From an uncultured Methanosarcinaceae archaeon (lineage in GTDB: Archaea > Halobacteriota > Methanosarcinia > Methanosarcinales > Methanosarcinaceae): a DNA stretch of 64,000 bases. The notes under the pieces are model-generated. The model worked only from the letters and a program-made list of their open reading frames with translations. It was not told where the DNA came from and made no database searches. The position numbers and the translations under genes are program-made. Below are positions 43,189 to 54,983 of this stretch, piece by piece (the first letter of the stretch is position 1; each line of letters opens with the position of its first letter). The DNA lies in NCBI GenBank assembly GCA_963847185.1, contig CAWJYV010000005.1, positions 32,001 through 96,000 on the forward strand, in the 5' to 3' direction.

Positions 43189-43578
43189 TCATTTAGTTAC
43201 TTTGCTCTTCTGCTGCTTCTCGCTCTTCTCGGCTGACCGCTCAAATTCGGTCACCTCAACAACTGTCAAAGGAACATCTCTGAGAGATTTACCGATTACC
43301 GATTTTGCTATTCTTTCTGCGTGTTCCGCAGACTCGGCATCAAAAACCTTCATCTCAAAGATGAGACCAACAAGAGCAGTGTTTGCTGCTATGAAAACGC
43401 TGCTGAAAGGCTCACCACACGCCGGGCAGGAAGTCGTTCCCACGTCTACCTCTACAAAGTCCAGTTTAGGGTTCAAGCGCTTTCCAGCCTCAGAAATCGC
43501 TACCCCAATTGCGTCGTCGGCTGTTTTTACATCTCTAACCAACCAAGCTGCTTCAAGTACCACATGAAAGTTCTTCAT
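43189..43578 (-). CDS. DUF555 (UPF0212) protein
   Basis: [21 protein letters not shown] and HAERIAK motifs. Confidence 0.8.
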   Translation of the reverse strand: MKNFHVVLEAAWLVRDVKTADDAIGVAISEAGKRLNPKLDFVEVDVGTTSCPACGEPFSSVFIAANTALVGLIFEMKVFDAESAEHAERIAKSVIGKSLRDVPLTVVEVTEFERSAEKSEKQQKSKVTK

Positions 43579-43918
43579 TATTATCCAACCGTAATTATTC
43601 AATTATATAATTTTTAAAAGATATTTCCAGACAAGGAAAAAATTATTACAGAACCTAAGGAATAGAATAAAGCATATAAATTGTTTCTGCTTCAAGTCAT
43701 GTCTAAAATCATGTTTATAGTCTTTACCTTTATATGGCTTTTCAGTTAAAGCTTTAATTTATTTCCACACTTTTTAACCTTTCAATTTAAGAATCCATTA
43801 TCTTCTTTTTATATCCCGGCATTAACATTTTGCACCGAGATTTAACATTTTTCGGAGGAAATACTATCAGGGTTGAGTTAACTTCAGATTTCTTCCTTTT
43901 AACTTTCATTTTCTTCAT

Positions 43919-44200
43919 TTAGATGGTAAATAGAGTTTCGTCATCAACTGCAAAAACCCCGAGTTTTGCTCCGGCATCAAGCCAGGCATGCCCATAACTA
44001 AAAGAGGCTAGGGCATTTACAGGGTCTCCATTTTCCAGAAAATAGATGCCATCTTTGTAATACGCTTCAGCCATTGTATAATAATCTCTTGCAACCGCAT
44101 ACATGTGGGATTCAGGAATAGGGGCAAATTTTGCTTTATCGAGAGCTCTTTTTAGCATATCTTCATATCGCTTTACCTTTTCACTTAAATCAGCAGGCAT
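43919..44200 (-). CDS. DUF357 protein
   Basis: MAEAYYKDG..F and NALASFSYGHAWLDAG motifs. Confidence 0.82.
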   Translation of the reverse strand: MPADLSEKVKRYEDMLKRALDKAKFAPIPESHMYAVARDYYTMAEAYYKDGIYFLENGDPVNALASFSYGHAWLDAGAKLGVFAVDDETLFTI

Positions 44201-44242
44201 TTTGATCACCAGGAAGTTTGTTTGGCAACTTGTTCTTTTGGA

Positions 44243-45043
44243 TTATTCTGCCCCTTCCATAAGCCCTATTGGGCCTCCTGCAAGTTTCACAAGAGCTTCA
44301 GCTTCAAGAAAGTGCAATTTTCCAGGAATTACAAGGATGTGAAGAGGTTTTCCGAAATCGAAATCTTTTAGATATTCTGCATAATCAGCTTTTACGACCG
44401 GTTTTTCCGAGCCGGCTCTGGCTATCCCAACTGCAGCAGTACCATGTATAAGATTCTCCCCTCTTTTTTCTTCAACTTCCAGGAGAAGTTCAAGTGCAGT
44501 GTTAACGGTCATATAACCTTTATCTTTATCAATATCCAGAAAGACAAGAGTATGCAAGCCCGTTTCGGTATTTTGCTTTATAATGTCATAAGGGGTTTCA
44601 GAGATAACCCTTGTGCCTCGTCGGCTTTCATATGGGTGAGGAATACTTGCGGATTTTCCGAAGCGATAGTTTTGCAGCCCTGTTAGCCCTGAAACAGCTG
44701 AAGCGATAGAAGCTCCATGAATAAGGTATGTCTCTATTCCTAATTTTTCAGCTCTCAAGCGCAGGTCTACATGAGTTGTGGAAACCATTGTATCTCCACC
44801 AGTAAGGAAAGATACTTTCTTATCTTTTGCTTCGACCAACCAATCAGGTTGCTGTTCCACGTCTTCTCTTGAGAGCAATCTGACCTTTTTTCCGTAAAGC
44901 TTCTCCATTTTTTCAAGGTTAGTGCCCATGAGACAGGATGTATAAAACTCCGCATAAACCAGATCCGATTCTCTTATAGCTTCAAGTCCCTTTAGAGAAA
45001 TGTCATATTCGTCAAAAAGGCCCAGCCCTATAAATGTGAGCAT
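44243..45043 (-). CDS. dph5: Diphthine synthase
   Basis: FIGLGL, EFYTS, GDTMVSTTH, GLQNYRFG and LHTLVFLDI motifs. Confidence 0.95.
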   Translation of the reverse strand: MLTFIGLGLFDEYDISLKGLEAIRESDLVYAEFYTSCLMGTNLEKMEKLYGKKVRLLSREDVEQQPDWLVEAKDKKVSFLTGGDTMVSTTHVDLRLRAEKLGIETYLIHGASIASAVSGLTGLQNYRFGKSASIPHPYESRRGTRVISETPYDIIKQNTETGLHTLVFLDIDKDKGYMTVNTALELLLEVEEKRGENLIHGTAAVGIARAGSEKPVVKADYAEYLKDFDFGKPLHILVIPGKLHFLEAEALVKLAGGPIGLMEGAE

Positions 45044-45206
45044 ATCCCGCTTTAGGGGCTTATTACCTTAAAACTTTTTGTCTCAAACCTGTTCAAAACC
45101 GTACTGGAGTTTTCATTTCCAAATATATGGATACTTTAACTTATTTATATCTATAAATTAATAATACGAATTGATTTAAGCCTGCAGTTTTTAGAGGTGT
45201 TTCACT

Positions 45207-45449
45207 ATGGTTAAAGTTACACTTGTTCACGCCAGCTGGTGCACTGCCTGTCCAGCAGCTCGCAGATTGTGGAATGATCTGAAATCCGAGTATGATTTTG
45301 AGTATGAGGAAGTTAATGTGGAAACCCCCGAAGGTCAGGCACTGATAGATAAATATGGTATCGTTGGTGTCCCTACAACCATTATTGATGGAGAAGTAGC
45401 TTTTACGGGTCTTCCGAAAAAAGCCGGTGCTATTGCCCGCATTAGCTGA
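45207..45449 (+). CDS. Thioredoxin
   Basis: WCTACP active site and GVPT cis-Pro motif; upstream of trxB. Confidence 0.9.
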   Translation: MVKVTLVHASWCTACPAARRLWNDLKSEYDFEYEEVNVETPEGQALIDKYGIVGVPTTIIDGEVAFTGLPKKAGAIARIS

Positions 45450-45503
45450 ACCTGCTCTCAAATTTTTATTTTTCGAAATCATTTTCTGGATTTAGGAGAT
45501 AGT

Positions 45504-46433
45504 ATGTACGACCTGATAATCATAGGTGGAGGGCCTGCGGGGCTCACAGCCGGCATTTATGCCGTGCGGTCTGGACTTGAAACCCTAATTCTTGAGAGAA
45601 GCGAAATTAGCGGCCAGATCGCACTTGCAGATATAGTGGAAAATTACCCTGGCTTCCCTTCTATCTCAGGGCTTGAATTAATGGAAAAATACAGAAGCCA
45701 TGCTCAGGAAGCAGGAGTCAAAACCAAGATAACAGATGTCCTCTCTGTTCGCTCTGAAGGGGAAAAGAAAATAGTCTCCACGGATAGTGGAGATCTTGAG
45801 GCAAAAGCTGTCATAATTGCTACAGGCGCAAATCCAAAACGTCTTAACGTGCCAGGAGAAACAGACTTAATCAGTAAAGGAGTCTCCTACTGCGCCCTTT
45901 GCGACGGACCTTTTTTTAGAAATAAAAACGTAGTAGTAGTCGGGGGCGGCAATTCGGCAGTTACGGATGCTCTATTTCTTTCAAAAACTGCACGGAAGGT
46001 TTATCTCGTCCACAGAAGAGACCGATTGAGAGCTGCAAAAGTCCTCCAGGATAGAGCTTTTACAACTTCCAATATTGAGTTTATTCTTAATGCCTTTGTT
46101 CAGGAAATTGTCGGGAGTAGCGGAGGAGTTAAAAAGGTCGAAAAAATAATTTATAAAGATGTTAAAAGTGGAGAAAATCGCGAACTGGTTGTAGATGGTG
46201 TTTTCATTTATGTTGGTATCCATCCAAACACTGAGATTGTTAATGTAGAAAAGGATGGGGAAGGCTTTATCAAAACTGACAGCTCGCTTGAAACATCGGA
46301 GAGAGGCATCTATGCCGCCGGTGACTGCCGCGACACACCTATATGGCAGCTTGTGGCAGCAGTTAGAGATGGAGCACTCGCAGCTACCGCTGCAAATGAA
46401 TACATAGAAAGCCTCAAAGAGCAAGCTGCGTGA
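45504..46433 (+). CDS. trxB: Thioredoxin-disulfide reductase
   Basis: GGGPAG, CALCDG, GGGNSA, HRRD and AAGD motifs. Confidence 0.95.
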   Translation: MYDLIIIGGGPAGLTAGIYAVRSGLETLILERSEISGQIALADIVENYPGFPSISGLELMEKYRSHAQEAGVKTKITDVLSVRSEGEKKIVSTDSGDLEAKAVIIATGANPKRLNVPGETDLISKGVSYCALCDGPFFRNKNVVVVGGGNSAVTDALFLSKTARKVYLVHRRDRLRAAKVLQDRAFTTSNIEFILNAFVQEIVGSSGGVKKVEKIIYKDVKSGENRELVVDGVFIYVGIHPNTEIVNVEKDGEGFIKTDSSLETSERGIYAAGDCRDTPIWQLVAAVRDGALAATAANEYIESLKEQAA

Positions 46434-46550
46434 AAGCTTGTGAACAACTTTTCTTGAATTTATCTTTAAGCCCAGCTAATCATAGAAAGAAGGAACAGTA
46501 ATTCTGTTCCAATCTTTAATCTCTACTTCTTACGCCTTTTAATTCCCGAA

Positions 46551-46841
46551 TTAATCTAACATCTGGTTGATTTTATTATAAAAATCTATTATTAACCTTG
46601 TTGCCTCGCTTTCCATGTCCAGCTGGAAAGTTCGGATTTGTTTTCCCAGTGGCTTTTCTATGACAATGCCTGACTCTATCAGAGGTGTGATAACCCTTGA
46701 TACACTGGAGTGAGACAGGCCAGTTTCCTCAGCAATTCCAGAAAGGTAAGTTGACTCATTCTGGTGTTCGATCAAATTCTTAAGCACCGTCATCTGCGCG
46801 GTTTTTCCAAAGATTTTTTCCATTGGATCCATAGATATCAT
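46551..46841 (-). CDS. Winged helix-turn-helix transcriptional regulator
   Basis: LSGIAEETGLSHSSVSRVI helix-turn-helix. Confidence 0.8.
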   Translation of the reverse strand: MISMDPMEKIFGKTAQMTVLKNLIEHQNESTYLSGIAEETGLSHSSVSRVITPLIESGIVIEKPLGKQIRTFQLDMESEATRLIIDFYNKINQMLD

Positions 46842-47075
46842 CTCAGAGGTGGCTGTTCTCCGGAAGTGATTTTTATTTCCAATATTAACTTGCTATTTAC
46901 GGTTATAAACTTATCTCCTTATTACAAAGGCCAGGCGATCCATACAAAATCTTCGGAACTTTTGGGGAATTCTTTTCTATCCATACAGTGATTATTTTTA
47001 TATAGAGTTTCGGAACAAATATTTTAGAAATGTTTAATACCTAAGAAAATCTATACTTTATTGAGGTGGAGGGTA

Positions 47076-47612
47076 ATGTACGAAAAAAATCTTGATCATG
47101 AAATTTTGAAACTGATTGAAGGACATCCTGAGATAAGTGAAAAGGATATCGCCCATAATCTTTCGGTTCCAGAAGAACTTGTAAAGACACGTATTGCAAA
47201 TTTAAACGATACAAGAGAGAAAATCCTGATTATGGGAAATGGGCGGAGTTTTCATGAAAAGCTCAAGATGGAACTTGAATCTGAAAATTATAGTGTAGTC
47301 AAAGCCCCAGGTAGTTATTCTATCCTTGAGGCGGTAAAAAACGAGAAACCTGACCTTATCCTGGTTGATACCGGGCTTGCTGATATATACGGTTTTGAGA
47401 TATGCAAACAGCTTAAGGCAAGTTTCAGGTACTGGTGGATACCAGTAATGATACTGAGTGAAAAAGGTGGAGATAGAAACAGAATTGAAGCTTTTGAGTC
47501 AGGAGCTGACGATTATCTTGCTATGCCTCTTAATTCCCCAGAACTGAAAGCCAGAGTGAGGATGATATTAAGACGTAATAGAACCTTATCTGAGGGTAAA
47601 AGCGGCAACTAA
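47076..47612 (+). CDS. Response regulator with N-terminal HTH and C-terminal receiver domain
   Basis: HPEISEKDIA HTH; PDLILVD, GFEIC and GADDY receiver motifs. Confidence 0.82.
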   Translation: MYEKNLDHEILKLIEGHPEISEKDIAHNLSVPEELVKTRIANLNDTREKILIMGNGRSFHEKLKMELESENYSVVKAPGSYSILEAVKNEKPDLILVDTGLADIYGFEICKQLKASFRYWWIPVMILSEKGGDRNRIEAFESGADDYLAMPLNSPELKARVRMILRRNRTLSEGKSGN

Positions 47613-48353
47613 TTGGAAAAAATTCCTTTATCTTGTTTTATATTTAAGAAAAGGTTGCTCTAGAGTCTAAAACTTATTAGAGCATCCATCTAAAATTTTT
47701 TTCCTTGGTTTTCGCAAATATTGTAATGAATACGTTACAGATATTTCTCTAGTTTCTTTATAAATTCTCTCAACTATCTAAATTAATTTGCATATTTACT
47801 CGAATTTTTATAGTTAACAGTTTTATTTTATTTATATTTAGCTTTAGGATCTATTTTTTCAATTTCCTGGTGAAAGGAATCTTCTTGATTGAAAAGCTTT
47901 CACAAATCAGGAAAAATCCCTGGTTATCCACATTAAAAGGAAACGCTGGAATTCAGAAAAGCCTTGAGAATTTGTTTCACTTTTTCTGAAAAAGAGTTTG
48001 AGGACTTGCTTGATTCTTGAAGCCAAAATCTATCAGGATAAGATGGTGAATAAAAGAAGGAATAAAGAGAAGAGGAATAAAGAGAAGAAATCCGAGTCCA
48101 GTATTCACATAATTTTTTATTGGTTATTTGAAAAAAGAATAAAATAATTCTTCTAATTAAAATACAGACCCTGTTTTAAAAATCATTATTATTAAAATAA
48201 TATTGTATATAAATATTTCAAAATCTTTAAAAAAGAATAAAACATAAATAACTATGCGTAACTGGATATCGAGCCTTATTTTTTATAAGGAACTAAATTA
48301 CAAAACCGATTTAATGTTTCTGAAAACATATATTACTTTGCTATAGGGTAGAT

Positions 48354-49281
48354 GTGGCAAACGAAGGAAAAACGAAATCAGAAAAAGGTGTGACAAGGGT
48401 TATGACTTCAAATGAATGGTACAACAAAGGCGTTGCACTGCATGAACTTAAAAGGTTCGCAGAAGCTCTTGATGCTTATAATAAAGCTCTGGAAATAAGT
48501 CCCGACAATGCAAAAATCCTGTTGAGCAAAGGGATGGTTCTGAAAAGCCTGCGAAGGTATGATGAAGCTCTTGATGCCTTTAACAGATCAATCGATATTA
48601 ATCCTGCTGATGCAAGGACCTGGTGCTTCAAAGCTGAATTGCTTATGAACATTATGCAGTATGAGGAGGCTCTGGATGCTTTCTACAGGGCTATATCTCT
48701 TGCACCTGAGGATCCTGAAGTTTGGTATAGAAAAGGAGTAGCTCTCAGGGAAATGAGGGCATACGAAGATGCTATGGATGATTTTGAAAAGGCTATCCGT
48801 CTCTACGAAAAGAAATATGATATCAGTTCTATGACCGCAAGCGAATGGTGCAAAAAGGGCATGAGTCTCTGTAAGATAAAGAGTTTTGAAGAAGCTCTTG
48901 ATGCTTTTAACAGGGCGCTTGAGTTAAACCCCGGAAATGGAAAAGCCCTTTACAACAAAGGAGTAGTTCTTCGCTGGCTTGGAAATACTGAAGAAGCAAA
49001 ATTGTATATTGAAAAAGCAGTAGAGGTTTTTGACAATAAGATAAAAGCAAATCCCGAGAATGCAAGGTTCTGGTACAATAAAGGAATTGCACTAAGAGAT
49101 CTGGAGAAATACAAAGAGGCGCTTGAAGCTTTTGAAAAAGCTATTGAAATCAACCCGAGCTTCACAAAAGCCTGGATTGGAAAAGGAATTGTATATGACA
49201 GGAGTTAAAAAACACCAGAAAGCAATGGAAGCCTACGAAAGGGCAGTCGATATAAACCCGATATATTCGGACCTTGCTTAA
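48354..49281 (+). CDS. TPR protein with frameshift near 49201
   Basis: WYNKG repeats; the last TPR continues in another frame as VKKHQKAMEAYERAVDINPIYSDLA*. Confidence 0.8.
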
Positions 49282-49403
49282 CAACCAATCAAAGTTTTAC
49301 AGAGATCAGTCAAGAGCTGGAAAAAGCCGTTAGTTGAAAGTCTTTTGCGAGATTTTCAGATACAGCGGCCAAAATATCTTTCTTTTTATACAGGTCTTGC
49401 TTT

Positions 49404-50177
49404 TCAGTTCACATAATTCCTGTTTTCAATCTTCTTAATATGCTCTAAATACATTCCAGCAGATCCTGAAAATTTGACGAGCCTGAAATCAAAGCACTGG
49501 TCTGTTTCTTCTTCAGGCCTCCAGTCTCCATAGGAAGCATATGCAGTTTTCAATCCAAGCTTGCGGGCGGGTGCTATATCTCTTCGAATGCTATCTCCTA
49601 CTACCAGACTGTCTTCCGGTCTTATCTCGAGAGCCTGAAGGGCAAAAAGAAAATGTGCAGGATCTGGCTTCTTAGTGCCTGTCATATCTGCTGCAACAAG
49701 AAGATCAAAGAAATCCAGAAGTCCGACTCTGGTGAGCCTTGCAAGGGCATGGTGCCTGTCAGCATCCGTTATAATTACAAGCTTCAAATCCAGTTTCTTT
49801 CAGCTGACAAAGGGTATCTTTAACCCCTGGATAGAGTTCAAATTTTGTAGTTTTTCCCTTTCATAGATCTCACAGCAATATCTGTAGCTCTGTACCGTGA
49901 AAAGTTTTCTTTCCTGCATGTAGTCTTTTATGTTTTCATAATCTTCAAACCCATAAGTCCCCCTGAGGAAATACTTGAAAAGTTCAGAAGGGGCTTCGGC
50001 ATTGTCTCCTTTATCTCTGCCAATATAGGAGAGGATCTCCCTGCAAGCTACGAGTTTTACGGCTACGAAATCAAAAAGAGTATTATCCATATCAAAGAAA
50101 TTGCTTTCAGATTTCCTGGGATATATTCGTTTCATATTAACCTGAATCTCATTCCTGTTTTTCTGAATATCTTCCAT
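49404..50177 (-). pseudogene. HAD-superfamily hydrolase with several frameshifts
   Basis: FDMDNTL (motif I), ELYPGVKDTL (shifted frame), KKPDP and VGDS..RDI pieces lie in different frames. Confidence 0.8.
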
Positions 50178-50473
50178 TTTTAGGCCTGTTTTTCCTGTAT
50201 TTACCCGATTTACCGGGTTAAGCTTCCTTAGTCTGCAGAATTTTTTGGGTAGGAATTTATCACTGCTGATCTACTTTTCCAGGACTTTTCTGACTCTTTT
50301 GGGGAGAGGCTATAAAAGCAAAAGACAGATGTATAGATCATAAACGAACAATAGATTTAAGTAAATAACGAACGCGTAAAATTGAGATTGGCATAATCTA
50401 TTAAAGTGAATATATAAAATGAAAATGTAAAAAGATAATATGAGAAAATAAAGGAAGAATAGGAAATTTTGAT

Positions 50474-51664
50474 ATGAGTTCTGAAGAACAAAAGGACAAA
50501 GCCTCCACAAAAGAAGGCAAACAGGAAAAAACTGGAGAGGGGACAGTTTCCGAAGATATGTATGTTCTGAATGATTCTGGGGATATGGCTGAAAAAGAAG
50601 TTAGCAACGAAATTCTTGCAGCCGAACTTAACGAGTGCGGATTGGACTTTCTCAGGCTAGGCAAATTAAATGAAGCGGTAGTTGCTTTTGATAAAGCAAT
50701 CGAAAAAGATCCCAAGAATATCTATCTTTTAAACAATAAAGCTGCTGTCCTTGAAAGCCTCGGAAAGTTTGAAGAAGCTCTCAAACTCTATGAAAAAGCT
50801 GTCAAAATCAATCCTGAGGATCCGGATCTCTGGAACAATATGGCTTTTTCTTTATCCCAGGCTGGAAAATATGAGGAAGCTGTCAAAGCATATGAAAAAG
50901 CCCTTGAACTCAGGCCGGATTATCCTAATGCGTGGTATGGAAAAGCCCTGAATTTAAGTCAGGCAGGAGATTATGAAGAGGCATTGAAGCCTATGAAAAA
51001 GTTCTTGAAGAGAATCCCGACTATAAAGAAGCCTGGGTGGGAAAGGGTATAGCTCTGGGACAGATGGGAAACTACGATGATGCAATCGTTGCATACGATA
51101 AAGCACTTGAGCTTGATCCTGGATTTCTTGAAGCCTGGTATTATAAAGGCGTGGATCTTGACAGCCTTGGCAGTTACAGGCAGGCTCTCAAAGCCTATGA
51201 AAAGACAGTGGAAATTGACCCAGAGAATGATGATGCCTGGAATAATATGGGAATAGACCTCGAAAACCTGGAACAGTATGAAGAGGCAATAAATGCTTTT
51301 GAAAAAGCAATTGAGATCAATTCCGAAAAAGCCGATGTCTGGTACAACAAAGGCTTTACTCTTAGCCAGATGCAGAGATTTGAAGAAGCTGTCAAAGCAT
51401 ACAGAAAAGCTACACAGCTCGATCCTGAGTATCTTGAAGCCTATTCAAGCTCTCGGTTTTGTGCTTGCCCAGCTCAAACGCTTTGAGGAGTCTCTTGAAA
51501 CCTATGAAAAGGCACTTGAACTTGATCCTCAGGCTGCAGATTCCTGGTTCGGAAAAGCTATCTGCCTGAGTTTCCTTGGGCGGGAAGAAGAAGCTGAAGA
51601 AGCATACAAAAAAGCCGTAGAAATCGATCCGGTGTATGCTGATGTTGGAAAAGATATACAGTAA
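50474..51664 (+). pseudogene. TPR protein split by two frameshifts (~50983 and ~51451)
   Basis: Three overlapping ORFs join into continuous TPR repeats. Confidence 0.8.
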
Positions 51665-51930
51665 AAGCAGGACTTACCCTGTTTTTATTTTTATTTGCTA
51701 CATGAACCCCGAAAATAACCTGAATTTTTCTTACTGACTTTCCAGAAGAAGAATTCTAAAAATCCAAACAAAAGGCAAAACGATACAGGGAAAACAGCCC
51801 TTTTACAAAAGGGAAAAACTTTTCAATACATATTTATCTTTCCTTATAGTAGAAATTTATTTTTTTAGAGCAGACATTTATCTTTCCTTATAATTAAAAA
51901 CACTTCTTTGCAGGATAAGCGGATGAAAGA

Positions 51931-52836
51931 ATGAAAGGATGGATTCTTTATAAAAGTACAGCTTCGGAATTAAATCCAGAAGTATATGAAATGCACCGCT
52001 TCATCGAGGTTGCACGCCAGAAAGGAATAGAACTCAGAGTAGTAAAACCTGACCAGTTTGATATTATAGTGACAAGAGACGATAGAAAAAGCATACTTTT
52101 GGACGGGGAAGTTGTTCCTCTCCCTGATTTTCTCCTGCCGAGGATGGGAGCAGGCACAACCTACTTTGCTCTTGCAGTCATCCGCCACCTTGAGCGCCTG
52201 GGAGTTCGTGTGTTCAATTCCTCTCAGAGCGTTGATACAGTCAAGGACAAGCTCTATTCCCAGCAGATTCTGGCAGAAAGAGAAATTTCTTCTCCCAAAA
52301 CCATGTTTGCCAAAAACCCTGTCAATATATGCCTGGTTGAAAAATATCTGGGATTTCCTCTTATCGTAAAAGCCCTCTCAGGCTCCATGGGTAAAGGCAT
52401 CTTCCTTTCGGAGAACCACACCAATTTTCGGGACCTTATGGAGCTGATCCATGTAAGCAACCCAAATGCAAACATTATTCTCCAGGAATTCATAAAGTCC
52501 AGCATCGGACGGGATCTCCGCGTCCTTGTGATCGGTGGCAGGGCAGTTGCCTGTATGGAGCGCATAGCCCCGGAAGGCAGTTTCAAGTCCAATTACTCAA
52601 GAGGGGGAGAAGTCCGCAAATTCGAGATGACTCCTGAGATAGAAAAACTGGCGACCGAAACAGTCAGTATCTTCGGCCTTGAAATCGCAGGTATCGACCT
52701 TCTCTTCGACGGCGACCACTTTAAAGTCTGCGAAGCAAATTCTTCCCCAGGTTTCGAAGGAATCGAGAAATGCTGCGATATCAATGTTGCAGGCATGATT
52801 TACGATTTTATAAGGGAAGATGTAGAGAAAAAGTAA
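51931..52836 (+). CDS. RimK-family alpha-L-glutamate ligase
   Basis: LPRMG, DKL, GSMGKG, QEFI, GRDLR, SNYSRGG and EANSSPG motifs. Confidence 0.88.
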   Translation: MKGWILYKSTASELNPEVYEMHRFIEVARQKGIELRVVKPDQFDIIVTRDDRKSILLDGEVVPLPDFLLPRMGAGTTYFALAVIRHLERLGVRVFNSSQSVDTVKDKLYSQQILAEREISSPKTMFAKNPVNICLVEKYLGFPLIVKALSGSMGKGIFLSENHTNFRDLMELIHVSNPNANIILQEFIKSSIGRDLRVLVIGGRAVACMERIAPEGSFKSNYSRGGEVRKFEMTPEIEKLATETVSIFGLEIAGIDLLFDGDHFKVCEANSSPGFEGIEKCCDINVAGMIYDFIREDVEKK

Positions 52837-53256
52837 AGGTATACTTTTTCCAATTCTCATTAAAAAGATGCTTCATTAGGCTGTTGCCCTTAAAGCTTAT
52901 AAAACGAATGATTTTTTCCAAAAATTAGCAGGTAACGTTTACTCTTTATTATTTATTTTAACAATTCTTTTTCATAACTATTTATTGCTGAGGTTAATTT
53001 CTCGGAATAACTGTAGATATCATTCAAGTCAGCAATTGCTGTCTTTTCAGATTTTTTATCTTCATCGACAAAAAGTTTATGATTACTTCCTTCTAAATGA
53101 TTAAAATTAGAAATTAATTAGAAAAGTTAGGTAGACGCATAAGAAAGACGCAGTCATGCAGTCATAAAAATTAATAGCCGTTTTTAAAAATTTTCATCAA
53201 ACAAAGATTTCAAGAATTCTGTTTGCACTTCTAAAATTTTTGCGTTTCTAAAGCCC

Positions 53257-53685
53257 TTATTTCTTTTCTTCAACTGTCACAGTTCCTTCCATAGCAGGAT
53301 GGATCGAACAATTATAATTGTAGATTCCCGGCTCCGTAAACAGGAACTCGTATGTGCCTCCTTTTTCCAATACATCTGACTCGAAAGTAGATCCTCTCAC
53401 TGTATGAATAGCTGAATCCATATTAGTCCATTTTATTGTATCACCTGATGATATTGTGACTGAAGCAGGTTTAAAGGCAGAATCCTCAATGGCAACTTCA
53501 ACAATTTTACCTTCTCCTGCAGGTTGAGGCTCTTCAGCCGGAGTTATTGCTTCAGCCGGAGTTACAGGTTTCTCAACTGGAGTTCCTTCTTCTGTGGTTT
53601 TAGCTCCTTTATCACCGGTATCTGTGCATCCTATTGCGAAGAATATACTTAACAGGACTACGAAAATCACAAGTTCTCTTCTCAT
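53257..53685 (-). CDS. Cupredoxin (plastocyanin/azurin type) lipoprotein
   Basis: Lipobox-like AIGC; type-1 copper ligands H...CSIHPAM. Confidence 0.88.
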   Translation of the reverse strand: MRRELVIFVVLLSIFFAIGCTDTGDKGAKTTEEGTPVEKPVTPAEAITPAEEPQPAGEGKIVEVAIEDSAFKPASVTISSGDTIKWTNMDSAIHTVRGSTFESDVLEKGGTYEFLFTEPGIYNYNCSIHPAMEGTVTVEEKK

Positions 53686-53952
53686 TCAATCCCTCCGAAA
53701 AATAAGGTACTATATAATTAACAACTTTATTTTATAATAATTCCTACGAAATTCTGAACATAGTTCTTCTAATTATTAAATGAATGGGCAGGAATTTAGA
53801 AAGCAGCAAATACTCGTAGCAAATCAATTACTTAATTATTCTGGTTTACTTCACCCCGTTTATATAAAAATTAAATTAAATTAAATTAAATTAAATTCAG
53901 ATCTCGCGAATTGCAGTGATCTTAATTATCTTTTCCCTTTAAAAAGTAGATG

Positions 53953-54435
53953 TTAAATTACTGTCACAGTTCCTTTCATAGAAGGATGTATCGAACACTC
54001 GTAGTTATAGATCCCGGATTTACTAAAAATAAATGTATATGAGTCTCCTTCGCGCAGAGTATCAGACTCAAAACCAGGACCTTTCACTGTATGAGTGCTT
54101 GAGTCAAGATTCGTCCATTTTACGGTATCTCCAGCTGATATTGTGGCTTCGTTCGGGTTAAAGGCAAAATCCTTAATTGACACATCAACGATCTTACTTT
54201 TCACAGGGGTTTCTGTTGTTTCGTTGAAAAATGGAATAGAAGGTGTTGAATTTGGAATTGGAGATCCGGGAGTTTCATTTGGTACTGGAATTACAAGAGT
54301 TTCATTAGAAATTGGAATTGAAGGCACTTCATGCGGAGTTAAAGGTTTTTGAGTATCATTGCCTGTATTGCCTGTACATCCTATCGCCAGAAATGTACTA
54401 AACAAGGTCATGAAAATAATGAGTTCTCTTCTCAT
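53953..54435 (-). CDS. Cupredoxin lipoprotein with Pro/Thr-rich linker
   Basis: AIGC; NET/NST sequons; H...CSIHPSM. Confidence 0.88.
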   Translation of the reverse strand: MRRELIIFMTLFSTFLAIGCTGNTGNDTQKPLTPHEVPSIPISNETLVIPVPNETPGSPIPNSTPSIPFFNETTETPVKSKIVDVSIKDFAFNPNEATISAGDTVKWTNLDSSTHTVKGPGFESDTLREGDSYTFIFSKSGIYNYECSIHPSMKGTVTVI

Positions 54436-54983
54436 CCGTTCCCTTCCTTCAAAGATTAGATGCCTATTAGATGCCTTATAATTAATATTTCGATTTTATA
54501 ATAGTTGCTACAATGTTCTAAACAGACATTCTAATTATCAGTGCATGAAAAGAATTTTAAATGAAAACCACTTTTCGAGATGCCCTTTTAATATTTACAA
54601 TTTCTCACGATCTCGTTTTTTTTGAAAACCTTCCTGTTTACTCAAACATATTTATTAAAAGATCCACAAAATCCCACAATTCTCTACCTTTTGCCTTCAT
54701 TGGAATTTCCAGCCTCCATTTTCCGAAGCTTCGGTTGAGATAATAACTGCAGATTTTCGAATAAATATCCAAAAACGATGACAAGAAAAATGTTATTTTT
54801 TTGAAGACATCTGCGGAAGGTAGGATGAAAGGAGCCGCACTCTAAAAATGTTTTATTGAGGGCAGAGTTCTGATCCATGCTTCAATCAAAAAATAAGTAG
54901 CTTTTTTAGAGTTGTTAAATTACTCTGCCCATATCTTATTAGTCAAAGTATTTTCTTTATTTTCCGTTGAGAAGTTACTGTGA

